A stretch of 64,000 bases of DNA, taken from positions 349 to 64,348 of the forward strand of contig CAVUYB010000033.1 in assembly GCA_963745595.1 (NCBI GenBank), written 5' to 3'. A program made the position numbers and the translations under genes. How positions within the stretch are numbered: position 1 is the first letter of the stretch; each line of letters starts with the position of its first letter. The notes beneath the pieces were generated by a model. That model was given only the letters and a program-made list of their open reading frames with translations, ran no database searches and was not told the DNA's origin. Origin of the DNA: an uncultured Actinomycetota bacterium (GTDB taxonomy: Bacteria; Actinomycetota; Acidimicrobiia; Acidimicrobiales; RAAP-2). Of the stretch, positions 17,222 to 26,817 are shown in pieces.

Positions 17222-18012
17222 CCGCCGGCCGGCGCCCGACGGCGGGCGGGTCCGAGAGCGAGGGGCCCGGTATGGAGCGCTGGCTGCTCACGTACGCCGA
17301 CATGATCACGCTGCTGCTCGCCCTCTTCGTGATCCTCTTCGCCCTGAGCTCGATCAACGAGAAGAAGTTCGTCGCCTTCAAGCTCGGGCTCTCCCAGACG
17401 TTCACCAACTCGCCGGTGACGAAGGCGTCGGCCAGCGGCAACGGACTGCTCCAGCACACAGGGCTCATCTCGCACAGCGCGACCGCGTCGGCGAGCGCGC
17501 CAGCCCCGGCGGCGGCCACCACCGGTGCCTCGACGCCCAGCCTGAGCCAGATCGCCACGGAGATCGAGCAGGCCCTGCAGGCCGCCGGGTTGACCCAGGA
17601 CGCCAGCACGACGACGACGACCCGCAGCGTCGTCGTCCAGGTGCTCGCCGACAAGGCCTACTTCGCCCTCGACTCGGCCACACTCGGGACCGTCGGCGAC
17701 CAGGTCGTCGACACCATCGCCGGGGTCATCACCGGCGTGCCCAACGACGTCGCCGTCGAGGGCTACACCGACAACCAGCCGATCTACGGCGGGCCGTACG
17801 CGTCGAACTGGCAGCTCTCGGCGGCCCGCGCCGCCAACGTGGCCCAGCGGCTGGCCACCGTCGACGGGATCGCCGAGGCCCGGCTCTCGGCCGTCGGCTA
17901 CGGCGAGACGCACCCCCTCGTCCCGGACACCAGCCCGGCCAACCAGGCCGAGAACCGGCGGGTCGACGTCGTCATCCTCGCCCCCGGGACCAGCGGAACG
18001 AGCACGCCGTGA
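17218..18012 (+). CDS. motB: flagellar stator protein MotB (OmpA-like C-terminal domain)
   Basis: ERWLLTYADMITLLLALFVILFALS plug/TM segment. OmpA-like VEGYTDNQPI...SNWQLSAARAANVAQRL...RLSAVGYGETHPL...NRRVDVVIL. Confidence 0.9.
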   Translation: MTAGRRPTAGGSESEGPGMERWLLTYADMITLLLALFVILFALSSINEKKFVAFKLGLSQTFTNSPVTKASASGNGLLQHTGLISHSATASASAPAPAAATTGASTPSLSQIATEIEQALQAAGLTQDASTTTTTRSVVVQVLADKAYFALDSATLGTVGDQVVDTIAGVITGVPNDVAVEGYTDNQPIYGGPYASNWQLSAARAANVAQRLATVDGIAEARLSAVGYGETHPLVPDTSPANQAENRRVDVVILAPGTSGTSTP

Positions 18013-18014
18013 CG

Positions 18015-18607
18015 ATGCCCACTGCATCAGGTCCGACGGCACCAGGGCAGGCGCCGGGTGCGCCGGGCGGTCGAGCCGGCGACGGCGCACCTCGCCTCTC
18101 GTCGGTCGACCGGCGGCCACCGAACGGTGCCGGCGCTGGCGTTGGCGCCGCGCCGAGTCGAACGAAGCCCAGAAGCCGACCGGGAAGAAGAAAAAGAAGG
18201 TCGTCGTCATCCTGGCGATCGTGGTCGTGCTCGTCGTCGCCGGCGCGGTCGTCAAGCTCGAGACGTCCAAGACCGTCTACCGCCCCGGCCAGCCGGTGCC
18301 GGCCGGGCCGGTCGTCTCGCTCGGCACGGTCACCGTCGCTCTCTCGGACGGCCACCTCGTCCAGGCCACGATCGCCTTGCAGATGACGAAACCGGCGAGC
18401 CAGACCGAGGAAGCCAACGACTCGGCCCATCTGGAGGACGTCGCGGTCACAGTGCTCGGCCAGCAGAGCTACGCCGGGCTGCTCGCGTCGCCCGGCCGGA
18501 CGGCGGCGCAACAGCAGCTCCTCACCTCGTTCCAGCAGGTTCTCGGGCCGGCCGACGGCGCGCCACAGGTCAGCGCGGTCTACTTCACCGGCTTCGTCCT
18601 CCAGTAG
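18015..18607 (+). CDS. fliL: flagellar basal-body-associated protein FliL; N-terminus appears frame-shifted near 18170
   Basis: ORF 18221..18607 matches the FliL periplasmic domain. In the same frame upstream lies KPTGKKKKKVVVILAIVVVLVVAG, the typical FliL Lys-rich segment plus TM helix, but with no start codon. The only start-bearing frame is ATG 18015 (frame 0), 3 nt after the motB stop. Confidence 0.65.
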
Positions 18608-18632
18608 GGCGATGACCGCGGTCGGAAATTCC

Positions 18633-18660
18633 TTCATCGCCGGCCGCGACGTGCCGATTG
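18633..18660 (+). promoter_or_regulatory. weaker sigma-28-like promoter upstream of flgN-flgKL-fliW: TTCA-N16-GCCGATTG
   Basis: GCCGATTG at 18653-18660, TTCA at 18633-18636. The flgN GTG lies at 18668, only 7 nt after the -10 element, so the transcript may be leaderless. Confidence 0.35.
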
Positions 18661-18667
18661 AAGAACC

Positions 18668-19171
18668 GTGGAACCACTGACTCGGGAGGCGCTCGAACGG
18701 CTCGCCCGGAGCCTCGAGGAGCAGCTGGTCGCCCTCCGTCACCTCTGCTTCAAGTTCGAGGTCCAAGAGATCGTGCTGTCCGGTGGCCGCCACCAGTGGC
18801 TGAACGAGACGACGGCCGAGCTCGAGCGGGCGGTCGCCGACGTCCGGGGGTGCGATGCCGACCTCCGCCAGGCGCTCGTCGCCGCCGGAGTGGCGCTCGG
18901 GCTGTCGCCGGAGGCGACGGTGCGGGAGGTGGCCGTGACCGCGCCCGAGCCGTGGGGCTACATCTTCGACCAGCACCGCACCGAGCTGCAGCAGCTGCTC
19001 GACCGCGTCGGGGCCCTCAGCCGGGCCAACCGGAAGCTCCTGGCCCACGGCCACGCGGCCACCGTCGCCGCCCTGGCGTTCCTCGGCGTCGAGGCGCCGA
19101 CGTCGTACGACGCCAGCGGCGCCCTGACCCCGACCGGCGGGAGCCTCGGCCTGCTCGACGCGAGGGCCTGA
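18668..19171 (+). CDS. flgN: FlgN-like flagellar export chaperone
   Basis: 167-aa helical protein immediately upstream of flgK, the FlgN/YvyG position. LEEQLVALRHLCFKFEVQEIVL...LQQLLDRVGALSRANRKLL. Confidence 0.55.
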   Translation: MEPLTREALERLARSLEEQLVALRHLCFKFEVQEIVLSGGRHQWLNETTAELERAVADVRGCDADLRQALVAAGVALGLSPEATVREVAVTAPEPWGYIFDQHRTELQQLLDRVGALSRANRKLLAHGHAATVAALAFLGVEAPTSYDASGALTPTGGSLGLLDARA

Positions 19172-19172
19172 G

Positions 19173-20549
19173 ATGGACGAGGCCATGAGCATCGCCGCGT
19201 CGAGCCTCAACGCCGAGCGGGTGGCGATGACCGCGACGTCCGAAAACGTCGCCAACGCCCAGACGCCCGGCTACGTCGCCGAGACCGCGCAGGTCAGTAC
19301 GCTGCCCGGCGGTGACAGCCTCGGCGTCGGGGACGGCGTCGAGGTCACGACGGTCAGCCAGGCGACGAACGCGCTGCTCGCCGCCAACAACTGGCAGGCC
19401 CAGGGCGCGCTGGCCAACCTCGGCTCCCTCCAGCAGTCGCTGACGGCCATCGAAGACGTCTTCCCGCTGGCTTCCGAGCCGTCGACGAGCGCGTCGAGCA
19501 CGACAACGAACGCCAGCCTCTCTGGCCAGCTGGCCAACTTCTGGTCGGCCTGGGACGCGATCGCCGAGGCCCCGTCGTCGCTCGCCCCGAGGACCGAGAT
19601 CGTCAACATGGCCCAGGGTCTCGTCACGAGCCTGAGCGAGGCGGCCACCCAGTTGACACAGGTGCAGACGAACAGCACCGAGCAGCTCGGCAACCAGGTC
19701 GAGCAGGTCAACTCCCTGCTCTCCCAGGTGGCCGAGCTCAACCAGTCGATCGTGACCACCGAGGGCAGCGGGGCGAGCGCCAACCAGCTCGTCGACCAGC
19801 TGAACGCGGCGGTCAGCACACTGTCCGAGCTGGCCGGCGTCGACGTCCGGATGCTCGGCAACGGCACCGCCGCCGTCTCGATCGGCGGCGTCGCCGTCGT
19901 GCAAGGCGACAACGCGGCGACGCTCTCGCTCTCGACCACCGGTGGCGTCACCTCCGTCGTCGCCAACCCCGGCGGCGTCACCGCGCCGATCTCCAGCGGG
20001 TCGATGGCAGGCCTGCTCTCCTCCCTCAACCGCTACCTGCCCGACTACCGCCAGCAGCTCGACACCGTCGCCGACGACCTGGCATCGACGGTCAACAGCC
20101 GGCTGGCCGCCGGCTACACCGCGTCCGGCACATCGGGTGCCACAGACCCGCTGTTCGTCGGGACAGGTGCCGCCGGCCTCACCGTCAACCCGGCCGTCGT
20201 CGCCGACCCGATGCTGCTCGCGGCGTCGGGCACCGCCGGTGCGGCCGCCGCCAACGACGGCAGCAACGCCCAGGCGGTGGCCGAGCTCGGCACCGTCACG
20301 ACCGGTCCGGACGCCGCCTACCAGACCCTCGTCCAGAGCATCGGGGCCGACACCCAGAACGTCAACAGCCAGCTCGAGGCCCAGACCTCGGTGGCCAATC
20401 AGGCCGAGCAGGCGCAGCAGGCCGTGTCCGGCGTGAACATGACACAGGAGCTGACCAACCTGGTGACCTTCCAGCAGAACTACGAGGCGTCGGCCAAGCT
20501 CATGACCGTCGTCGACGCCACCGTCCAGTCACTCCTGACAGCGGTGTGA
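19173..20549 (+). CDS. flgK: flagellar hook-associated protein 1 FlgK
   Basis: N-terminal SSLNAERVAMTATSENVANAQTPGYV and C-terminal VSGVNMTQELTNLVTFQQNYEASAKLMTVVDATVQSLL. Confidence 0.9.
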   Translation: MDEAMSIAASSLNAERVAMTATSENVANAQTPGYVAETAQVSTLPGGDSLGVGDGVEVTTVSQATNALLAANNWQAQGALANLGSLQQSLTAIEDVFPLASEPSTSASSTTTNASLSGQLANFWSAWDAIAEAPSSLAPRTEIVNMAQGLVTSLSEAATQLTQVQTNSTEQLGNQVEQVNSLLSQVAELNQSIVTTEGSGASANQLVDQLNAAVSTLSELAGVDVRMLGNGTAAVSIGGVAVVQGDNAATLSLSTTGGVTSVVANPGGVTAPISSGSMAGLLSSLNRYLPDYRQQLDTVADDLASTVNSRLAAGYTASGTSGATDPLFVGTGAAGLTVNPAVVADPMLLAASGTAGAAAANDGSNAQAVAELGTVTTGPDAAYQTLVQSIGADTQNVNSQLEAQTSVANQAEQAQQAVSGVNMTQELTNLVTFQQNYEASAKLMTVVDATVQSLLTAV

Positions 20550-20562
20550 GGAGGCGGCCCGC

Positions 20563-21504
20563 ATGAGCAGCGTCGGCGCCACCGGACCGGTGATCGTCAC
20601 GCCGGGCGTGATGTCCGGCGCGCTCGTCGGCGACCTGACGAACGACCAGGCGTCGATCGCCACGCTCGAGAACGAGATCTCGACCGGCTACGCGGTGACG
20701 TCCCCGTCGGACAACCCGGCCCAGGTGGCCAACATCCTCCAGCTGCAGTCCGGCGTCGTCCGGGCCAACCAGTACGAGTCGAACGCCCAGGACGGCGTGA
20801 GCTGGCTCTCGCTGGCCAACTCGACGGTCGGGTCCGTGCTGTCCGTGCTGCAGAAGGTCCAGAGCACAGTCGAGAGCATCAGCGGCTCCAACCTGTCCGG
20901 CACCCCGTCGACGGTGGCCGGCATCTCCGACGCCATCACAAGCGCCCTCGAGCAGCTCGCCAACCTGGCCAACACCCAGTACGCCGGGCAGGCCATCTTC
21001 GCCGGGACCGGCAACGCCACGCAGGCCTACTCGTCGACCGGCACATACCTCGGTGCCGGGACATCGCCGACCCGGACGGTCGCTCCCGGCAGTCAGGTCG
21101 CGGTCTCGGTGACCGGGCCGACCATCTTCGGTTCCGGCACCACCGGCCTGTTGAGCACCGTGCCCGGCAACCTCGGCGTGCTGGCCCAGATCGTCCAGGA
21201 TCTCGAGGCCGGCACAGCCGCCTCGATCCAGGCGGCGACGACCACAGGACTCGGCGCCCTGCAGAAGGCCATCTCGACCGTCGAGACGGCCGCCGGCACG
21301 CTCGGGGCCAACCAGCAGGCCATGCAGGGTTTCGCCACCCAGGCCACCGCATCCGCCTCCGCGCTGCAGCAGGAGCTCGGGGCGGCCCAGGACGTGAACA
21401 TGGCCCAGGCCATCACCAACCTGCAGCTGCAGCAGACGTCCTACCAGGCCGCCCTCTATGCGACCTCGCAGCTGCACACCGATTCGCTGGCCCAGTACCT
21501 GTGA
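20563..21504 (+). CDS. flgL: flagellar hook-associated protein 3 FlgL
   Basis: Flagellin-like N- and C-termini (LQSGVVRANQYESNAQDGVSWLSLANS...; VNMAQAITNLQLQQTSYQAALYATSQL). Follows flgK. Confidence 0.85.
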   Translation: MSSVGATGPVIVTPGVMSGALVGDLTNDQASIATLENEISTGYAVTSPSDNPAQVANILQLQSGVVRANQYESNAQDGVSWLSLANSTVGSVLSVLQKVQSTVESISGSNLSGTPSTVAGISDAITSALEQLANLANTQYAGQAIFAGTGNATQAYSSTGTYLGAGTSPTRTVAPGSQVAVSVTGPTIFGSGTTGLLSTVPGNLGVLAQIVQDLEAGTAASIQAATTTGLGALQKAISTVETAAGTLGANQQAMQGFATQATASASALQQELGAAQDVNMAQAITNLQLQQTSYQAALYATSQLHTDSLAQYL

Positions 21505-21532
21505 CCGGCCGCGTGGACGACGAGGAGGCGAC

Positions 21533-22024
21533 GTGACCGAGATGGCCGTCACGACCGGACCGAGGTCCGTCGACGACGAGCGCGCGCCCGACGAGCGTGT
21601 CCTCGAGTTCGTCCGGCCGATCATCGGCTGGGAGGAGTCGACCCGGTTCGCGCTCCGCTCGCTCGGCGCCGAGTACGCGCCGTACCTGACGATGACGTCG
21701 CTCGACCAGGCCGGGCTCCAGTTCGTCGTCGTGCCGCCCGGGCGACTGTTCGCCGACTACGTCATCGAGGTTCCCGCGGCCGACCGCCAGCTGCTCGGCC
21801 TCGACGACCGCGCCGATGCGCTCGTGCTCGCCATCGTGCGGCGCCGCAGTGTCGCCACTCCGGTCGTGAACCTGATGGGCCCCATCGTCGTCAACCGGCG
21901 GACCGGCCACGCGACGCAGGTCGTCCTGCAGGACGCGGCCTACGGCGCCGCAGTGCCCGTCGACGCCGGTACGGCGCGCCCGCTCGGCGGCTCAGGTAGT
22001 ACGGCCCGCCCTCCAGGGGGCTAG
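21533..22024 (+). CDS. fliW: flagellar assembly factor FliW
   Basis: GTG 21533 (or ATG 21542) follows GAGGAGG. LEFVRPIIGWEESTRFAL...QFVVVPPGRLFADY...VVNLMGPIVVNRRTGHATQVVL matches FliW. Confidence 0.85.
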   Translation: MTEMAVTTGPRSVDDERAPDERVLEFVRPIIGWEESTRFALRSLGAEYAPYLTMTSLDQAGLQFVVVPPGRLFADYVIEVPAADRQLLGLDDRADALVLAIVRRRSVATPVVNLMGPIVVNRRTGHATQVVLQDAAYGAAVPVDAGTARPLGGSGSTARPPGG

Positions 22025-22048
22025 GCAGTACGGCCGCCCGTCGGCCGG

Positions 22049-22630
22049 TTAGACGGGGTCGTCGGTGTCCGGGCGGTCGCCGACGAGCGCCGCGAGATCA
22101 CCGGCGAGATCACCGGCCGCCTCCCGGTTGGCCGCGGCCACATCCTCCCAGAGCTCCTTGCGGAACACGCGGCGGTCGGCCGGCGCGTCGATGCCGACGC
22201 GGACGTAGCTGCCCATCGTCCGGAGCACCGTGACGGTGACCGAGAAGCCGATCGCCGGTCCGGTGATCGCCAGGCACGGGTTGCCCTTGGAGATGGCAGC
22301 CACCGTGACCGTCAGCCCGTCGCCGATCGTCACCGACTCGCCGATCCGGCGGACGACCGACAGCATGGCGTCGACCGCTACCGCCGGCTCGTCGTCACCG
22401 GCCACGTCGACGCGCACGTCGTCGGTCGTGATCCGCACCGACGTCGGCGAGCCGACTTCGACGCGGACGTCGTCCGTGGAGATGGCCGTCGACGAGAGCC
22501 GGAACGGCTGGTCGAGGCCGGGCGCGGTGATGCGGAGGTGCACCTTGCGATCGACGACCGACGAGACCGTGACGTGGATGCCGCTCTCGACCACGATCGA
22601 TTCGCCCGGGCGCCGGTTCAGGACCAGCAT
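22049..22630 (-). CDS. csrA: duplicated (tandem) CsrA-like RNA-binding protein, 193 aa
   Basis: ATG 22630 (residue 23 of ORF 22049..22696) follows GGAGGGA. Segment 1: MLVLNRRPGESIVVESGIHVTVSSVVDRKVHLRITAPG. Segment 2: MLSVVRRIGESVTIGDGLTVTVAAISKGNPCLAITGP. Segment 3: SVTVTVLRTMGSYVRVGIDAPADRRVFRKELWEDV. Confidence 0.7.
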   Translation of the reverse strand: MLVLNRRPGESIVVESGIHVTVSSVVDRKVHLRITAPGLDQPFRLSSTAISTDDVRVEVGSPTSVRITTDDVRVDVAGDDEPAVAVDAMLSVVRRIGESVTIGDGLTVTVAAISKGNPCLAITGPAIGFSVTVTVLRTMGSYVRVGIDAPADRRVFRKELWEDVAAANREAAGDLAGDLAALVGDRPDTDDPV

Positions 22631-22722
22631 TCGTCGCTCCCTCCACGCCGGCCGGCTGGCCGACCGATCAGCCGTCCGTAGCGGACCGTCGCCCAAACCG
22701 TACCCGGCGGGCCGGCCGCGGA

Positions 22723-23043
22723 TCAGCTTCTCGGCTGGCCCCCGACCGGGGGTGAGGCGTCGCCACCGGACGACTGGCCGGCGGCCCGTCCCGGCTCGTA
22801 GTCACCGAACCGGGCCCGGGCCTCGTCGAGCAGCCGGGTGATCTCGGCCTGCCGGGCTTGACGGGCGTACATGTCGACGACTCGCTCGACCACCGCCGCC
22901 AGTGCCCAACAGAGGACGAGCGCGATGGCGAACCGGACGAGGCCGGCCGCCGGACTCAGCGCGCCGTCGAGCACCGACGGGAGGAACGGCAGCGACAGCA
23001 CGAGTGCGGCCGCGACGACGAGCTCCGGACGACGAACGCCCAT
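22723..23043 (-). CDS. small membrane protein, hypothetical
   Basis: 106 aa, two hydrophobic segments followed by a charged helix. Lies between the flhF-like and csrA-like genes on the same strand. Confidence 0.45.
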   Translation of the reverse strand: MGVRRPELVVAAALVLSLPFLPSVLDGALSPAAGLVRFAIALVLCWALAAVVERVVDMYARQARQAEITRLLDEARARFGDYEPGRAAGQSSGGDASPPVGGQPRS

Positions 23044-23053
23044 GGTCCCGCCT

Positions 23054-24462
23054 CTACCGTCCCGCCGCCAGGGCGGCCACGACGTCGGCCCAGCGCTCCG
23101 GCGTCGCCGGCTCGCCGTCCAGCCGGACCACCGGGATGCCGGCCGACAGGATCGCGGCCGGCGTGACCGTTCCTGCCACCTCGTCGACGACCAGTGCGTC
23201 TACCCCGCCGATGTCGTTCGCCCAGCGCTCGACGTCCTCCGGTTTCGTCGACGCCCGCGCCAGGCCCCAGACGCACGACGGTCGCATCGCTCGGAGCATC
23301 TCTCGGGCCCAGCGCCGGTCGGCTTCGGCCGACGACGCGTGGACGACGACGACACCGACCCCGTCGCGACGCCAGCCGGCCGAAAGGTCGGCCGCCTCGT
23401 CCGGCGTCCGCACCCGGTAGCCCGGTCGCCGCGAGCGCGTCGTGCCCTCGAGCGCGGCCACCGCGATCTCGCTCGGGCGAACGCCCAGCTCCGCCGCCAC
23501 CGAGCGGGCGACCTGGGTGGCCGCCCGTCCTTCGCCGACCACCGCCACCAGACTGCCCGGCGTCCTCGGTAGTGGTCGCGGTGCCGGCACGGCGGCGAAG
23601 GCCTCCTCCAACGAGCGAGCGCCGGCTGGCCCGCCGGTCGTCACGTCGCCCGCGGCAGCCGGCAGGAGCCACTCGGGGAAGCCGGCCATCACCAGACAGC
23701 CCGGACTGGGCAGCCGCCCAGGCGGCCGTCCGACGATCCGTGGGCCGATGGCCAGCGACCGGCGCAACCGACGCTCGCTCGTCGGCCCGCCGACCGGCGC
23801 AGCGGGCCGCTCGTCGGTCGCCGGCCGCTCGGTCGCCGGCAGCTCCGTCGTCGGTTGTGCCGGCGCGGCCAGCCGGCCGGGCGCGATTCGGCGCATCGTC
23901 GCCGGCCCGGGCCGGTAGGTGCCCGGCTCCTCGCCCAGCGAGCTGGCGACCTCGGTGAGCACTTCGTCGAACGACCGGCCCTCGAAGGGCCTCGTCGTCG
24001 GCGACTCGGCGGCCGACGGCTCGCGGCGCCGGCTGCGGCTGCGGCCGCGGCTGCCGACGACGTCGCCGGTGGCGACACGGCGACCGGCGCCGATGCGCCC
24101 GTGGTGACGCTGCGGTCGACGACGAAGCCGCGGCCGACAGCTCCAGTTCGTCCTCGGTCTCGTCGAGCAGCGCGGCCAGCCCTCTGGCGGTCGACCCGTC
24201 GATGGTCAACGTGAGGGCCAGCGTCGCCGGCCGTCGATGCCGCCAACCCGTCCATGGCCGACCCGTCGACCGCCGTGCCGGCGACCCGCCCGTCGGCGGG
24301 GTCGACCTCGATCGTGTAGACCTCCCGGGCGAAGAAGCCGAGGAAGCCGCCCTTCCGCCGCCGTTCGGGCGGCCGGATCTTGGCCGGGCCGTGCTGGTCC
24401 AGCACCTGCTGGATCAGCGCTTCGAGATCCGTGCCCTCATACACCAGCTGCTGCGCTGACAC
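23054..24462 (-). pseudogene. flhF: FlhF-like protein with degenerate GTPase motifs; three apparent frame changes (about 24220, 24125, 24020)
   Basis: N-terminus MSAQQLVYEGTDLEALIQQVLDQHGPAKI...GGFLGFFAREVYTIEV (FlhF B-domain-like, ORF 23689..24462). NG-like domain in ORF 23054..23962 has GSLVAVVGEGRAATQVA where GPTGVGKTT is expected. GC3 tracking shows the coding frame switching A-B-A-C between 24230 and 24010. Confidence 0.55.
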
Positions 24463-26522
24463 CGCTCACCACCCCAATTCGCTCGAGTTGTACGTGTGCG
24501 CCGATCTCGCTGACGGACATCACGGCCAGCCGGGGGACGGCCGTGGCGAAGAGCCGCTGGAGGGCCGGTCGGATGGGTGCGGCGACGGCCAGCACCGGCT
24601 CGGTGCCGGCCCGCGCCGCGTCGTCGAACAGCGAGCGGACGGCCGTGACGAGGTGCTCGGCGGCGGCCGGGTCCATCGGCAGCACGGAGCCGTCGTCGGT
24701 CGTCCGGACGGCGTTGGCCAGCGACTGTTCGAAGGCCGTGTCGAGAGTGATGACGGCCAGCTTCTTGTCCCTCGTGTGGAGCGCGGTGATGGCCGGCCCG
24801 AGGGCGACCCGGGCGGCTTCGGTCATCGCCTCCGGGTTCTTCGTCTGCCGGCCGCGCTCGGTGATCGCCTCGACGATCCGTACGAGGTCGAGGATCGGCA
24901 CGCCCTGGTCGAGCAGGGTGACGAGCACCCGGTGGAGATCGGTCACCGTGATCTGGGCGGCCGTCATCTCCTCCAGGGCCACCGGGTCGGAACCCTTGTG
25001 GGCGTCGAGCAGCGTGCGGACCTGCTGGACGGAGAGGAGCTCGCCGGCATGGGAGGAGGCGATCTCGCCGAGGTGGGTGATGATGGCCGACGAGCGGTCG
25101 ATGGCGGTGATGCCGGCCGCGGCCAGCGCCTCCTGGCGGGCCTCGGCGGGGATCCACTTGGCCGGTAGACCGAAGACCGGCTCGATCGTCGCCTCGCCGG
25201 GCAGCAGGTCGAGGCCGGCACCGATGGCCAGCATCCGCCCCGGCGGGGCCTGCCCCCGGGCGACCTCGACGCCGTGGACGCGGATGGCGTACGTGCTCGG
25301 CGGGAGGTCGATGTTGTCGCGGGTGCGCACCTTCGGGATGAGGATGCCCTTGTCGTAGGCGAGCTTGCGGCGGAGCCCACGGATGCGGTCGAGCAGATCG
25401 CCGCCCTGGGTCTTGTCGGCCAGCGGCGCCAGGTTCGGGGCGATCTCGAGCTGCAGCGGCTCGACCCGGATCTCGTTGGCCAGTGCCAGGGGCGTGTCCG
25501 CGGTGGCCGGGTCCTTGGCCGCGGCGTCGGTCGCCGCCCGCTCCTTCTCGTTCTCGGAGGCATGGGTTCGCCGGATCCGACTGGACACGAAGAGCAGGAC
25601 GACGCCGACGAGCAGGAACGGGATGTGGGGGAGCCCGGGCACGAGGGCGAGCACGAGCATGGCCCCGCCCGCCACCTGAATGGCGCGGGGCTGGTTGCCG
25701 AACTGGGCCGTGACGTCGGACCCGAAGTCGGCCTCGTCGGTCGCGCCGCGGGTGACGATCAGGCCGGTCGAGATCGAGAGCAGCAGGGCCGGGATCTGGG
25801 AGACGAGCCCGTCACCGATCGACAGGATGCTGTACGTGTGGATGGCGGCGGAGACCGACATGTGCTGCTGCAGGACGCCGATGGCGAAGCCGCCGATGAG
25901 GTTGATGAACGTGATGACGAGGGCCGCGATGGCATCCCCTCGGACGAACTTGCTGGCGCCGTCCATGTTTCCGTAGAACTCGGACGTCGCTGTCGATCTC
26001 CTTGCGCCGCCGCCGCGCCTCGGCCTCGTCGATCAGGCCGCTGTTCAGCTCACCGTCGATGGCGACCAGCTTGGGGGCCATGGCGTCGAGGGAGAACCGG
26101 GCGGCCACCTCCGAGACCCGACCGGCGCCGCTCGTGACGACGACGAACTGGATGACGATGAGGATCAGGAAGACGACGATCCCGACGATGATCGAGCCGC
26201 CGACGACGAACGAGCCGAAGCTCTGGACGACCGATCCGGCATAGCCGTGGAGCAGGACGAGCCGGGTGACGCTGACGTTCAGGGCGAGCCGGAACATCGT
26301 GGCCACGAGCAGCAGCGCCGGGAAGACCGAGAAGTCCATCGCCCGCCGGACGTGCATGGTCGTGAGCAGGACGACCAGGGCCGCCGACATGTTCAGCGTG
26401 ATCAGGATGTCGAGCAGGAACGTCGGCATCGGGACGACGAGCATCACGACGATGCCGATGACGATCGCGGGGACGCCGAACAGGCCCATCCGCTGCTTCA
26501 GGTTCATACGCTGCCTCGACAC
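24437..26522 (-). pseudogene. flhA: flagellar export gate protein FlhA, frameshifted near 25975-25985 as assembled
   Basis: ORF 25812..26522 gives the TM domain through ...AIDGELNSGLIDEAEARRRRKEIDSD. ORF 24437..25966 continues MDGASKFVRGDAIAALVITFINLIGG... to the cytoplasmic domain. The expected junction EIDSDV|EFYGNMDGASKF lies in two frames (1-nt indel in gacgtccgag). Confidence 0.9.
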
Positions 26523-26595
26523 TGTCGGACCGACCGGTTCCCGGCCGTTCCGTGGCCGGTGCTACAGGCCCGCCGTCCTGGCGCGCGCCCTCTAG

Positions 26596-26623
26596 GTATC
26601 GGCCGGTCGCCACGAGACCTTGA
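26596..26623 (-). promoter_or_regulatory. putative sigma-28-type promoter of the flhA operon (minus strand): TCAAG-N15-GCCGATAC
   Basis: The plus strand reads gtatcggc (26596-26603) ... ttga (26620-26623). The reverse complement is cTCAAGgtctcgtggcgaccgGCCGATAC, with a 16-nt spacer. Confidence 0.6.
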
Positions 26624-26661
26624 GTCCCGGCGATAACACCACCGTGCGTTACTGTTGACCC

Positions 26662-26817
26662 ATGACCCGGGAGGCCACCGTCCTCGACCTCAACGACGAG
26701 CAGATGGGCCGCCGCCTCGAAGCGGCCAAGGAAGACGAGCGGGACGGTCAGCTGGTTCGTTGTCATGACGAGGCAGAGCTACGGGAGCTGTTCAGGACGC
26801 TGCGCCACCAGGCGTGA
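26662..26817 (+). CDS. putative antitoxin (51 aa), not in the ORF track because it is shorter than 60 aa
   Basis: Translated by hand as MTREATVLDLNDEQMGRRLEAAKEDERDGQLVRCHDEAELRELFRTLRHQA. Its TGA (26815-26817) overlaps the GTG (26814) of the downstream toxin-like ORF. Confidence 0.45.
   Translation: MTREATVLDLNDEQMGRRLEAAKEDERDGQLVRCHDEAELRELFRTLRHQA

Noticed and set aside
16381-18270. 629-aa minus-strand ORF across motA, motB and fliL
   Set aside because: It is antisense to three textbook flagellar genes. The translation is Arg/Gly/Pro-rich with no recognisable motifs.
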